Shown piece after piece: positions 17,601 to 26,241 of a DNA stretch of 64,000 nt (its first letter is position 1; each line of letters starts with the position of its first letter). The notes below the pieces were generated by a model. That model ran no database searches, had not been told where the DNA came from, and saw only the letters and a program-made list of their open reading frames with translations. Source of the stretch: an uncultured Gammaproteobacteria bacterium. GTDB lineage: Bacteria > Patescibacteriota > Patescibacteriia > UBA9570 > CAZNEH01. A program made the position numbers and the translations under genes. The DNA lies in assembly GCA_964572175.1 (NCBI GenBank), contig CAZNEH010000001.1:9788-73787 (forward strand), in the 5' to 3' direction.

Positions 17601-19740
17601 TAAATTAAATGGTAAATATTTTAATGAAGATAAAATGATTCCGGTGTTTGAAAAGTCTGAGAATAGATCAGAGTTGGCAATGATTTATGCTGATAAAACA
17701 ATAGTGGCTAGTATTTTTAATCAGCATTTAGAAGCTATAAAAAGCGGGGATAAGTTTGAAGAATACTCAGATGCTGCTTTGGGATTGTTTCATGTGGTGC
17801 AGCATTATTTTTATGATTCTTTATCTAGGTTGGCAATAATTTCTGAGGTTAGTAAAAAGGATAGAAAGATTTATTTAAAGAAAATATTAAAAGCTAAGAA
17901 GAAATTAAAGAAATGGTCCAAGTATGCCCCGATGAATCATTTGCATAAATTAAAGTTAATAGAAGCGGAATTAGCTAGAGTAAATGGACAAGATAGGCTG
18001 GCTAAGGATTACTATGAGGAGGCAATAAGACTAGCTAAGAAAAATGATTATATTAGGGAAGAGGCTTTGGCTAATGAAGTGGCTGGTAAGTTTTATTTAT
18101 CTCGATCAGACAATAAGTCTAAAGATTATATTAAAGAGGCTTATCAAAAATACTTACAATGGGGAGCTAAAGCCAAGGCAAAACAATTAGAAGAGAAATA
18201 TCCAGAGTTGTTAGGGTTAAAAAAAGAAGATAAGAGTATAGATTTAAATACGGTTATTAAGGCTTCGCAAGCAATTTCAGAAGAAGTAGACTTAGATAAA
18301 CTAAAGCAAAAAATTGTTCAATTGGCTATAGAAAGCGCAGGGGCAGAAAAAGGAAATTTAATATTACTTATAGACAATAAAGTTCAAGATGTTCCAGTGG
18401 CCATAGTTAATTATGTGGCTAGAACTAAAAAAGAATTAGTTTTAAATGATGCTGTTAATGAAGGGCAGTTTACTAAGGATCCCTATGTGATTAAAAATAA
18501 CGTTAGGTCAATTTTATGTATTCCAGTAATGCATCAGGCAGAATTAATCGGGGTTATGTATTTAGAAAATAATATAACTACCCAGGCTTTTACTTCTGAT
18601 CGAGTAGAGTTGTTGGAAATTATTGCTGCCCAAGCTGGGATTTCTTTGGAAAATAGTTTAGACAGAGAGCTGCTTAAAGAAGAAAGAGACAAGGTTAAAA
18701 AGATTTTTGAGTTACTTCCTTTTGGAGTAGTGATTATTGGAAAAGATAAAAAAGTGCAATATGTTAATAGTGAAATTGTAGAACTACTAGGTTATAAATC
18801 AGATAGCGAGCTTTTAAATAAGAATTGCTACGAGGTTTTATGTGGATTCAAGAAAGAAGAATGTCCGGATTGTGATTTTAAACAAGAAGTAAATGAAATG
18901 GAAGGAGTTTTACTTACTAAAGATAAAAAAGAGGTGCCAGTTTTAAAAAGTATTGTTCCTATGGAACTAGAGGGAAAAGAGGTATTATTAGAATCTTTTG
19001 TAGATATTACTGAGCGAAAGAAAGCCAGGAAGCATGTGGAAGAAATGAATGCGTTGCGGAACAAGTTTGTGATGTTGCTTTCTCATCAATTGAGAACACC
19101 TTTAACTTCTATTCGATGGAATTTGGAAACTTTAATTAATGAGAGGTTGGGCAAGATTGGAGATTCGCAAAAAGAATTTTTAAAGTCTGCTTATCAGGCA
19201 GATTTAGAAATTATTCGACGTTTAGATGATATGTTGACAATTATTAATATTAGGGAGGGGCGTAGCGCCTTGGAAAAGGAAGATTCTTCTCTAGAAGTTA
19301 TTTGGAAGTCGTTGTTAGTGGAATTAAAGAAAGAAGCTCAGTTAAAAAATATAGATTTTATTTATGAACCTTCTCCAGAGCCTTTGCCGAATTCATTGCT
19401 TGATCCTAGAGTAATGAGAAAGGTTTTATTTAATTTGGCTACTAATGCCATTATTTACAATAAAGAAGGTGGTAAAGTTTTTGTAAAATTAGAAAAGAAA
19501 GAGAATGTTATTAGATTTGAAGTTAAAGATAATGGAATTGGGATTCCAGCTGCGGAACAGAAAAATATTTTTAAAGAGTTTTTTAGGGCGACTAATGCCT
19601 ATGTTATGATGACTGATGCTACTGGAATTGGGCTGGCTATTTCGAAATACTATGTAGAAGAACATGGGGGAAATATTGGATTTACTAGTAAAGAGGGAGT
19701 GGGTAGTACCTTTTGGTTTGAAATACCTGTTAATAACTAA
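14653..19740 (+). CDS. 1695-aa multi-sensor signalling protein: degenerate Ser/Thr kinase-like C-lobe, STAND/AAA NTPase, TPR-like, GAF, PAS, histidine kinase (HisKA + HATPase_c)
   Basis: The kinase catalytic loop reads YKALSPENIL (Asp lost) and a DLTYISPEQ APE-like motif is present. Walker A GYAGIGKS. H-box LSHQLRTPL. G-boxes DNGIGIP / GIGLAISK. Extended -10 TGGTATAAT upstream. Confidence 0.8.
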   Translation: MISLKELINKNDLTIADKLKLSANLAEALGKIHQNNIIYKALSPENILVDEEIKKVKIADSEMSSELLIGQREAPESDIPKGDLTYISPEQTGRMNRDIDYRTDYYSLGIVLYELFTQQIPFESIDPLEVIHGHLAKKPIPPQQINKEIPEMVGEIILKCLEKNPEDRYQNAYGLKADLENCFEQIVKTKKIKKFELGKKDAPLAFSVSEKVYGREEEIKELKEAYQRVRTGKTGLALVTGYAGIGKSVLVREFQKEIIGKDNYFLTGKFDQYKRNVYYHAFIETFKDLVNQILAENEKQITEWKEKILKALGENSQLMIDVIPELELIIGKQPPVIELTSTEAQNRFHLVIQKFTQVFATEERQLIFFFDDLQWADLESLKLFELLTTNINSKYLLFVGAYRDNEVDETHPVSLMLKNIQKENVEINTIKVEPLVFEDINQLIADSIKGDLESVKPLTEVAIKKTNGNPFFLIQFLNILYQEGLFEFNEETYVWEWDIEKIKEKDIADNVVDLMTKKFKDFSLETQEVLKLASCIGNKFKLETLAIIYQKNKEETFNDLSQAIKESLIRRSGDDYIFAHDRVQQVAYSLIPKERKQEIHFNIGELLLKNTKEEDLSENIFEVIDQFNFNVDQIKDQKMRDRLANLNLLAGKKAKASVAHDAALGYFKMGIKLLSKDSWEKQYKLSLDLYIEAAEGSFLTSKFKEVDKFCAIASKNAKELLAKAKISEIKGRSYYAQNKMVESFKETLEALNFLGCKFPKKATTVHALISVLKIKWALLGKSNKKIEQIKDMTDPKSLIIMSLLKFSSHSVYRASPNYFPIVISKAIILSLKRGIAPSTGFFFSAYSVVLISTLGDINGGYKYGQLATALSDRSVAKKMKYRTSVIVHGFINHWKKHLKESVDNLLVSYQKQLEFGDNEFAASSLVMYCSYFGFSGKSLNEINKEFETYGRALWQLKQMVDFQDNSIHHQFSYNFVEYEESPDKLNGKYFNEDKMIPVFEKSENRSELAMIYADKTIVASIFNQHLEAIKSGDKFEEYSDAALGLFHVVQHYFYDSLSRLAIISEVSKKDRKIYLKKILKAKKKLKKWSKYAPMNHLHKLKLIEAELARVNGQDRLAKDYYEEAIRLAKKNDYIREEALANEVAGKFYLSRSDNKSKDYIKEAYQKYLQWGAKAKAKQLEEKYPELLGLKKEDKSIDLNTVIKASQAISEEVDLDKLKQKIVQLAIESAGAEKGNLILLIDNKVQDVPVAIVNYVARTKKELVLNDAVNEGQFTKDPYVIKNNVRSILCIPVMHQAELIGVMYLENNITTQAFTSDRVELLEIIAAQAGISLENSLDRELLKEERDKVKKIFELLPFGVVIIGKDKKVQYVNSEIVELLGYKSDSELLNKNCYEVLCGFKKEECPDCDFKQEVNEMEGVLLTKDKKEVPVLKSIVPMELEGKEVLLESFVDITERKKARKHVEEMNALRNKFVMLLSHQLRTPLTSIRWNLETLINERLGKIGDSQKEFLKSAYQADLEIIRRLDDMLTIINIREGRSALEKEDSSLEVIWKSLLVELKKEAQLKNIDFIYEPSPEPLPNSLLDPRVMRKVLFNLATNAIIYNKEGGKVFVKLEKKENVIRFEVKDNGIGIPAAEQKNIFKEFFRATNAYVMMTDATGIGLAISKYYVEEHGGNIGFTSKEGVGSTFWFEIPVNN

Positions 19741-19824
19741 TCATAGTTGACTAATTTTTATAAATGTTATATATTATAGGGGCATTAAATGTATGTAAAA
19801 AGTACATTTTTTGGTTAAAAATAG

Positions 19825-19909
19825 GGGTCGGTACCAAAGCGGTCAAATGGGGCAGACTGTAAATCTGCTGGCATCGCCTTCGCTGGTTCGAATCCAGCCC
19901 GGCCCACCA
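19825..19909 (+). tRNA. tRNA-Tyr (anticodon GUA), class II with long variable arm, CCA encoded
   Basis: Acceptor GGGTCGG/CCGGCCC. Anticodon stem-loop GCAGA-CTGTAAA-TCTGC. T-arm GCTGGTTCGAATCCAGC. TTGACT-N17-TATATT promoter upstream. Confidence 0.85.
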
Positions 19910-19949
19910 GTGGCGTTTGCTACGCAACCGCACTGGCACGCCTCCCCGC

Positions 19950-20023
19950 GCCACCCTAGCTCAGCTGGTCAGAGCAACTGTTTTGTAAACAGTAGGTCGT
20001 CGGTTCGACTCCGACGGGTGGCT
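19950..20023 (+). tRNA. tRNA-Thr (anticodon UGU)
   Basis: GCCACCC-TA-GCTCAGCTGGTCAGAGC-A-ACTGT-TTTGTAA-ACAGT-AGGTC-GTCGGTTCGACTCCGAC-GGGTGGC-T. No encoded CCA. Confidence 0.85.
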
Positions 20024-20123
20024 CAGAAATATAATTAAGTAGATCTGGACAAGCCAGATCATAACAGCACTGTTAAGATGGGCTGTTGTGACCGAGCTTG
20101 CCTAGGTCATAAAAAAGTAAAAT

Positions 20124-20279
20124 ATGTCTCAAGATCGATTGATCAAACTGGAATGCACTGAATGCAAACGAGTAACTCATCATTCTTTTAAGAACAAAAA
20201 GATTCATAAGGAAAGATTAGAGTTAAGTAAGTTCTGTAAATTCTGTAAAAAGCATACCCCTCACAAAGAAACTAAATAA
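20124..20279 (+). CDS. rpmG: 50S ribosomal protein L33 (51 aa, not in ORF track)
   Basis: [51 protein letters not shown]: CxxC...CxxC zinc ribbon with the KN.K..PEKLELKK(Y/F)C..C.KHT.HKE L33 signature. Confidence 0.9.
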   Translation: MSQDRLIKLECTECKRVTHHSFKNKKIHKERLELSKFCKFCKKHTPHKETK

Positions 20280-20285
20280 TTTTAT

Positions 20286-20723
20286 ATGGAGGATAAAAAT
20301 TGTGTCTTTTGTAACGAGGAACAAATAGCGGCTCATCAGATTTATGAGACCAAGCTTTTTAGGATTTTAATTGATAAGAAGCCGATTGCGGCCGGACATT
20401 GTTTAATTGTTACTAAGCGACATACTCCATCTTTTAGCTATTTGAATCAAGACGAAGTAGAAGAATTTGCCTATCTAATTAAAAAGTTGGGCTTAGCGTT
20501 GATGCGGGCAGTTCGTGCTGAAGGATACAATGTGTTGTTTAATGAAGGAACTGCGGCCGGACAAACAGTAAATCATTTTCATATTCACGTAATTCCTCGC
20601 CAGCAAGAAACAGCGGATATTAATCCTAAAGATGTTTTAGCTAAAGCCTTAAAAGCAAGAAAAGAATTAAGTATAGAAGAAGTAAAAGAAGCTCGAGAAA
20701 ATCTTTCCAAAGAGATTTATTAA
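20286..20723 (+). CDS. HIT family hydrolase
   Basis: Histidine triad VNHFHIHVIP. Confidence 0.85.
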   Translation: MEDKNCVFCNEEQIAAHQIYETKLFRILIDKKPIAAGHCLIVTKRHTPSFSYLNQDEVEEFAYLIKKLGLALMRAVRAEGYNVLFNEGTAAGQTVNHFHIHVIPRQQETADINPKDVLAKALKARKELSIEEVKEARENLSKEIY

Positions 20724-20728
20724 AATAT

Positions 20729-20803
20729 GGGGGCGTAGCTCCAATTGGCTAGAGCACTGGTCTCCAAAACCAGGTGTTGCAGGTTCGAATCCTGCCGCCC
20801 CCG
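20729..20803 (+). tRNA. tRNA-Trp (anticodon CCA)
   Basis: Acceptor GGGGGCG/CGCCCCC. Anticodon stem-loop CTGGT-CTCCAAA-ACCAG. T-arm GCAGGTTCGAATCCTGC. Confidence 0.85.
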
Positions 20804-20807
20804 CAGT

Positions 20808-21416
20808 ATGAATATAGTGCACAGAAAATTATTCCACATCGGAACTATCTTGCCTTTTGCTATTTTAATCTTTTTTATTGATGACCAAATTCCGCGGTCA
20901 TTTTTTATTTGGATAGGAGCAGCCTTGTTTATAATTTTTGCTTTATTTGAATATTATAGATTTAAAGAAAGGAAAATTCAAGAGATGTTAATGAAGAATT
21001 TTTCTAGCTTGTTTAAGGAAAAGGAAAAGGAAAATATTACGGCTTTGATATTTGGGCCAGTGGCTTTGATTATTTTGGTTTTGTTTTTTAGTAAGTTTGC
21101 CGTGGTGTCTGCGGTATGGGTGGGATGCATTAGTGATTCTGTGGCGGCGATTGTGGGGACTAAATATGGGACTAAGAAAAATCATTTAGGAAAAACTTGG
21201 GAAGGAACTGCTGGTTATTTTGTGTCTGCGTTTATTTTGTTGATTTTGCTTAATATTTTATTAAGCAGCCCAATTAGTTGGTTTTTCTTGTTGGGAGTGG
21301 CCCTGCTGGCGGCGTTAGTAGAGCGGGTAACTAGTATTTTAGATGATAATTTGGTAGTGCCAGTTGTAGTAGCAATAGCTATTGAATTGTTGTATAATAT
21401 AAGTGTAATATTTTAA
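20808..21416 (+). CDS. CTP_transf_1-family membrane protein (phosphatidate cytidylyltransferase / dolichol-kinase-like)
   Basis: Start trimmed to the ATG after the tRNA (track start 20745 overlaps tRNA-Trp). Multi-TM protein. SDSVAAIVGTKYGTKKNHLGKTWEGTAGYF resembles the CdsA-family SD..A...G...GK.K..P.KTWEG block. Confidence 0.5.
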   Translation: MNIVHRKLFHIGTILPFAILIFFIDDQIPRSFFIWIGAALFIIFALFEYYRFKERKIQEMLMKNFSSLFKEKEKENITALIFGPVALIILVLFFSKFAVVSAVWVGCISDSVAAIVGTKYGTKKNHLGKTWEGTAGYFVSAFILLILLNILLSSPISWFFLLGVALLAALVERVTSILDDNLVVPVVVAIAIELLYNISVIF

Positions 21417-21426
21417 CTTAAAATAT

Positions 21427-22707
21427 ATGGCTAGAAGACATGGGGCGAAAAGAAATTTACCAGGAGGTGCTTTCCCAACTGGTTATGGACGAGAAGCTCA
21501 CTTAAGAGGTGGGGATTTTGATGCAGACGGAGCTGTTAAAAAAGGAAAGAAAGACTCTTTAGAAGAAGCAGGGGGGAGAACTGGTAGAGTTAGAGAATTA
21601 GATAGAAGAGGTTCTAAAGAAAAACAAGAGTTAACTCCAGATCAAGAATTGGTAGCAATGTGGAGGACTGTTGATAATGCGGCTCATATGGGAGGGTATA
21701 ATATTAGTTCGTTAAAGGATAGAATAAAAGCAGAGTTGCAGAGAAGGTATGAAGAAGATGGTTTAAGATCTGCTGATTTTGGAATTAAAGAAGCATTGGA
21801 GTTAATAAAAAATCCTCCAGAGCAACCAGTAACTGAAGAAAGTGTATTTGGTCATGAGCCCAGCGATGAAGCTAGGGACAGGTTTTGGCAGAGATTAAAA
21901 GAATTAAATGATGCTGGAGATTATGAAATACTTGGTAGAAAAGGGGGCCTTGAGCAAATAGCTAGAGAAGTAGAAAGAAAGATTGAGGGTGAGAAAATAG
22001 CCCTTGAACAGTTTAGGGGTTTTTATGAAAGAGTAGTTGGTGATCCAGAAGAGAATCCAGAGGTCGTAAAAGAGGGGGCTAAGTTATTAGCGAAATGGTT
22101 ATCAGAAGGAAATGATGTAAACGATATAACTACAGAGCTTTTAAGCGGAATGGCTATGAATGCAGAGGCTGAGGTTCAGTATAGGGAGTATGAGGAGGGC
22201 TTAGATAAGGTAGAAATAGATCCAAAATTTAAAATAACTACCATTGAAAATCTTACCCCGATTAATCTTTGGGCAGATTTACGAGGAATTGAAGAAAGAG
22301 ATGATGATTTTATTAGAGAATTAGCCAGAGACATAGAGGTAATTCACGCTAGTCCAGAAGCAGTTTCTTTATTGAATGATCATATAGTAGAAATTAGGAG
22401 TTTTTTAGAAAAGTATAAAGATGAATTAGATGAGGATGTTCCGAGATTGGATGGAGAAGATGAGGTAGATTCTTTTTTAAGATCTTATTTGCGGGCAGCC
22501 TTTGGGCAGTTTAATGTTGAGACCCCAGGAATAAGACTATCTGATCTTTCTTTAATATTAAAAGGCTCTTTTAGTGATTATGCTCGTCAGATCTTAGCTG
22601 TTTTTTTTGGAAATAGAGGCTTATTAAGAAATGAGATAAAAGAAGAGTTGGATAGAATTTATAATAGCTTTGACGCTAGACTTGATCAAGATTTTAAAGA
22701 TAGATAA
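21427..22707 (+). CDS. hypothetical acidic protein
   Basis: Long ORF, Glu/Asp-rich, no recognisable motif. Confidence 0.5.
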   Translation: MARRHGAKRNLPGGAFPTGYGREAHLRGGDFDADGAVKKGKKDSLEEAGGRTGRVRELDRRGSKEKQELTPDQELVAMWRTVDNAAHMGGYNISSLKDRIKAELQRRYEEDGLRSADFGIKEALELIKNPPEQPVTEESVFGHEPSDEARDRFWQRLKELNDAGDYEILGRKGGLEQIAREVERKIEGEKIALEQFRGFYERVVGDPEENPEVVKEGAKLLAKWLSEGNDVNDITTELLSGMAMNAEAEVQYREYEEGLDKVEIDPKFKITTIENLTPINLWADLRGIEERDDDFIRELARDIEVIHASPEAVSLLNDHIVEIRSFLEKYKDELDEDVPRLDGEDEVDSFLRSYLRAAFGQFNVETPGIRLSDLSLILKGSFSDYARQILAVFFGNRGLLRNEIKEELDRIYNSFDARLDQDFKDR

Positions 22708-22712
22708 AATAT

Positions 22713-24164
22713 ATGGCTAGAAGAACAAGGGCTCAACAAAGAGCAAGAAAAGCAAGAATTAGAAAAGAGGTTGCCGGAACTAGGGCGGCTTTGCCGACTT
22801 TGGATAGTTCTGTTGAGCCAGAAAAAAAACCGGTTAAACTCACTAAACCAGTTCATGTCTCAGAATCAGCTTCCTACACTAAAGACACACAAGAAGAATA
22901 TAATTCAGATGAAGGAATAGAGGGTTCTTTTTTAGTCTCTGATGATTCTGAAGCAGAGCCTAAATTTGTTGGCATTCCTCAGCGAACTGAATCTAGATAT
23001 GGAGCAAGAAAAGGTTCTAAAACCAGGGTTAAGTCTAGTACAGCTATGACTAGAGGTATAACTGATCATGGAATTGGTAAAAGAGTATGGCCAGCACAAG
23101 GAAGAGTTAGAGATGAGGCGCAGACTAGTAAGTATCAAAAACAAGTTAATGAAGAACGTTATGGTTTAAAAGAAGACAATGATGAGTTAATGGAGCAATA
23201 TCATCAATGGAAAATTCAGGGTCATCAAGAAGATGATTTTCCAAAGTTTAAACAAGAATTAAATCCCGAGCCAGTTCGAGAAGAATTTTTACCGCCTCAG
23301 CCAAGAGACATAAGCGAGTCTCCTTATGAGATTAGAATAAGTCGAGAAGAAATGGAGGAGATGAAAAAGAATCTAGCTGAGGCTCAGTTTTTATTGCGGC
23401 GAAAACCAGATCAAGGAATTACAGGTAGCGGATTAAAAGAGAGTATGGCGGTGAGTCAAGATAGTAAAAAGAAGTTGAGAGGCGAGAAGCTTAGGGGTAT
23501 TAGAAGAAAGTTGCGTGAATCTTCAGAAAGAGACAGGCAATCATCAGAAGAGCATCAACGAGTAGAAGAAGTTAAAAATATTATTAGAGAATTAAAAGAT
23601 ATTCAGGCAGGAATAGATCTTAAAGCTTTAATAAGTGATTCAGTTGAAGATGCTATTGAAGATTTAATAAGAAGGGCTAAGCTTGTTTTTAGAGACCTAG
23701 AAAATATAAAAGAAATTGATCGTTTAAGTGGACTAATGGAAAATTATAGATATGGAGATGCTCCAAAATTGGATCTTAGTATAATTAAGTATTTAAAATT
23801 TAAAGACGAGTTTTTAGATGTCACAAAAGTTCCTGTTTCGGAAAGAACAGGTAATTTAGAAGTTGAGTATACTGATGTATCATCAAAATATGAGTTGCAA
23901 GATGTTCGCCCTTCTTATGAAGAAAGAAAGGGTAAAAGAGATGAAAAAAAGGCTGATTCAGGAAGACAAAGAGCGCGTCGAGAAAGAGAAATGATGAAAG
24001 AGCCTTCAATGATGGCAATGAAAATTGCTGAAGAAAGAGATTTAAGTTTAGAGGAGGAAAGAAAATTAGAAAGTATATTAACTGGCTTAAATAGAAAAGG
24101 TCTTTCTTTAGAAGATCTAGGAAGAAGAGATATTGATCAGATTTTAGAATTAGCTGCGAAATAA
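22713..24164 (+). CDS. hypothetical highly charged (K/E/R-rich) protein
   Basis: Long ORF 6 nt after the previous gene. No recognisable motif. Confidence 0.5.
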   Translation: MARRTRAQQRARKARIRKEVAGTRAALPTLDSSVEPEKKPVKLTKPVHVSESASYTKDTQEEYNSDEGIEGSFLVSDDSEAEPKFVGIPQRTESRYGARKGSKTRVKSSTAMTRGITDHGIGKRVWPAQGRVRDEAQTSKYQKQVNEERYGLKEDNDELMEQYHQWKIQGHQEDDFPKFKQELNPEPVREEFLPPQPRDISESPYEIRISREEMEEMKKNLAEAQFLLRRKPDQGITGSGLKESMAVSQDSKKKLRGEKLRGIRRKLRESSERDRQSSEEHQRVEEVKNIIRELKDIQAGIDLKALISDSVEDAIEDLIRRAKLVFRDLENIKEIDRLSGLMENYRYGDAPKLDLSIIKYLKFKDEFLDVTKVPVSERTGNLEVEYTDVSSKYELQDVRPSYEERKGKRDEKKADSGRQRARREREMMKEPSMMAMKIAEERDLSLEEERKLESILTGLNRKGLSLEDLGRRDIDQILELAAK

Positions 24165-24179
24165 ACTTTAAATAAAATT

Positions 24180-24205
24180 CCCCCTCTCCAGACGTGGAGA
24201 GGGGG
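24180..24205. terminator. terminator hairpin between convergent genes
   Basis: Perfect 11-bp stem CCCCCTCTCCA-gacg-TGGAGAGGGGG. T-rich on the minus-strand side. Confidence 0.65.
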
Positions 24206-24222
24206 CTAGGGGGAGAGGAAGT

Positions 24223-25860
24223 CTAGTCTATCCTAAGTTTGTGGATATATCGAGAATTTTTAATTTTATTGCCATCTTGCCAAAGTTGGAAGGTTAGGGT
24301 GTTTTTCTTTTTCTTTAAACCAGAAATGTCTTGAAGATTGAAAGTAAAATGTCCGCGAGAAGGGTTGTCGACTTTAGCGTCGTCGAGGTAAGTTAAGAAT
24401 TCTCCATTAACATATAAGGCAGTGTCATCAGCGCGCCAAGTAGAGGTGCCTTTGTTTTTATAGTTTAAAGTTACTTCTGGGTTCCAGCCTTCTTGAATAG
24501 CGGTGGGTAAATTTTGGTTTTTTAAGACCGCGTGGTAAGGACTGTCGACACGATAGGTGATGTAGGTGCGGGACTTGGAAATATACTGATCCTCGTCGCG
24601 GAAAAGACGTAAGGAAATAGTGTGTTCGCCGCGAGTATCAAAATCCCATTTAAAATTAAAAGTATATTCTTCTCCTACAGCGACTTTTTCTTTAATGTAG
24701 ATTTTTTTCTTTTGTAAAGTTTCAGGGTCGCGGACTTTTAAGTAGACTTTGTTTTTTGGAAAGTTTCGTTCTCCAGTATTTTTATATTTAACAGTAATAG
24801 TTTCTTGGGTGTCGATTAAGTAAGCAGTATCGAAAGAGTGTTCTTTTAGCTTGGCCTTACGGGCTTTAGCCACTTGTAAAGAAGAATATTTGTTTTTAGA
24901 TTTACTTATAATAGTATCTAGTTGGTCGTAGATTAGATTGCCCGGACAAGCAGTGTAATCAATATCTTTGTGGCCAATAACCGCATCAACCATAGAGCCT
25001 TGTAAGTTTCGTTGACCGTTTAAAGAAATACTTAGGTCAGAGGCTTTGTTAGAAATTAGATTAGTTAAAGCACTTTGGATTTGAGAAGTGTATTCATCAG
25101 GTTCTGAACAAGCAGTTTCGTCGTAGCAGCCCATAACAGAGATGCCAATGGTGTACTGGTTGTAATCTATATTAGTGTAATCATTATAAGCATGAGCTCC
25201 GATAACTTTGTCGCCTCCGTAGCGGCCTTCGTAGATGTTTCCGCTTTTGTCGATAAGGTAATTATAACCAATGTCGCCCCAGCCTAGGATTTGAGCGTGA
25301 TAATAGTAAATACCACGAACTGTGGCCATTGGGTCGTCTCCGCCATCAGAGCCGGCAGTGTGGTGAATAACAAAAGTTGTAGGCTCGGTATAGCTTGGTT
25401 CCCAAAAACGATAGCTATCATCAGCGCCCCATTCGTCGCGAGTAACTACGTCGATGCTGTATTTGGTTTGGAGTAATTCTAATTCTGTGGAAACAGAGTT
25501 GGTTAGAGATGGCTCTGGAGCTGGACGAGAATCGAAATAAGAAATTTCTAAAGGAACGTTAGTTGAGATATTTAGCTGAGTGCTTATTTCAAAGATAGGA
25601 TCAGAGAAATAATGACCAGGATTACCAGGATAAGCTCCTTCCATTGCCTCTATTAAAGTATTATTTATTGTTATTTTAGGATTTGAGTATTCTTTAGACC
25701 ATTTTACGCCAAAGCCGTTGAATTCAAAGTCTGTAGTGATTTGATAGTCACCTGGGTCTATATTTATTGTGTTAGAAGTAGTTTCGGCTAAAACTGTGGA
25801 AGAAAATAAAAAACTTGCTAAAAGCAAGAATGAAATTATTAAGAAAGTATTTTTTTTCAT
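24223..25860 (-). CDS. secreted N-acetylmuramoyl-L-alanine amidase (Amidase_2/PGRP domain) with C-terminal beta-rich domains
   Basis: Signal peptide. Motifs VIHHTAG, GWGDIGYNYLIDKSGNIYEGR and ACPGN are typical of Amidase_2. Confidence 0.75.
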   Translation of the reverse strand: MKKNTFLIISFLLLASFLFSSTVLAETTSNTINIDPGDYQITTDFEFNGFGVKWSKEYSNPKITINNTLIEAMEGAYPGNPGHYFSDPIFEISTQLNISTNVPLEISYFDSRPAPEPSLTNSVSTELELLQTKYSIDVVTRDEWGADDSYRFWEPSYTEPTTFVIHHTAGSDGGDDPMATVRGIYYYHAQILGWGDIGYNYLIDKSGNIYEGRYGGDKVIGAHAYNDYTNIDYNQYTIGISVMGCYDETACSEPDEYTSQIQSALTNLISNKASDLSISLNGQRNLQGSMVDAVIGHKDIDYTACPGNLIYDQLDTIISKSKNKYSSLQVAKARKAKLKEHSFDTAYLIDTQETITVKYKNTGERNFPKNKVYLKVRDPETLQKKKIYIKEKVAVGEEYTFNFKWDFDTRGEHTISLRLFRDEDQYISKSRTYITYRVDSPYHAVLKNQNLPTAIQEGWNPEVTLNYKNKGTSTWRADDTALYVNGEFLTYLDDAKVDNPSRGHFTFNLQDISGLKKKKNTLTFQLWQDGNKIKNSRYIHKLRID

Positions 25861-25909
25861 GTTTTTATTTTAGGGCGTTATTCTATTATAGCAAAAAAAA
25901 GAGCCCTCG

Positions 25910-26166
25910 TCAAGATGAATCGAGGAGGGCGAGAGGATCGTCCTGGCGGACGTGTTGTGATCGCTTGAGGGTCGGCAGCCAGTTGGGTACCTCGCGAAGC
26001 TGGGTGATGGTTCGTTGCCCAGAGATGCCGTGGTAGCCTTGGAGTGGTCCAGAGCGAATCTTGGTCCACCGGGGATGGTTGGTGAAGACCCACCAGCCAC
26101 GTTCGTTTTTGACTCGCAAGAAGATGATGGTGTGTCCGTCTTTGCGAGAGACGTAGGATTCGAACA
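25910..26166 (-). CDS. GC-rich small protein (85 aa) in a solitary cassette
   Basis: Minus-strand promoter TTGACT (26223..26218) - N17 - TATAAG (26200..26195), GGAG ribosome-binding site, ATG at 26166 (MFESYVSRKDGHTIIFLRVKNERGWWVF...). High local GC. The 123-aa track ORF is trimmed to this start. Confidence 0.5.
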
Positions 26167-26241
26167 TGAGTTTCTCCGGGTTGAGGTGTAGTTTTCTTAT
26201 ATCATTGATTTTAACTTGAGTCAAGGGTATAATAAAGACAT

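Noticed and set aside
19751-20038. ORFs 19751..19954(-) and 19811..20038(+)
   Set aside because: They lie across tRNA-Tyr and tRNA-Thr, whose cloverleaf structures explain the sequence.
20745-20807. Upstream part of track ORF 20745..21416
   Set aside because: It overlaps tRNA-Trp (20729..20803). The CDS begins at the ATG at 20808.
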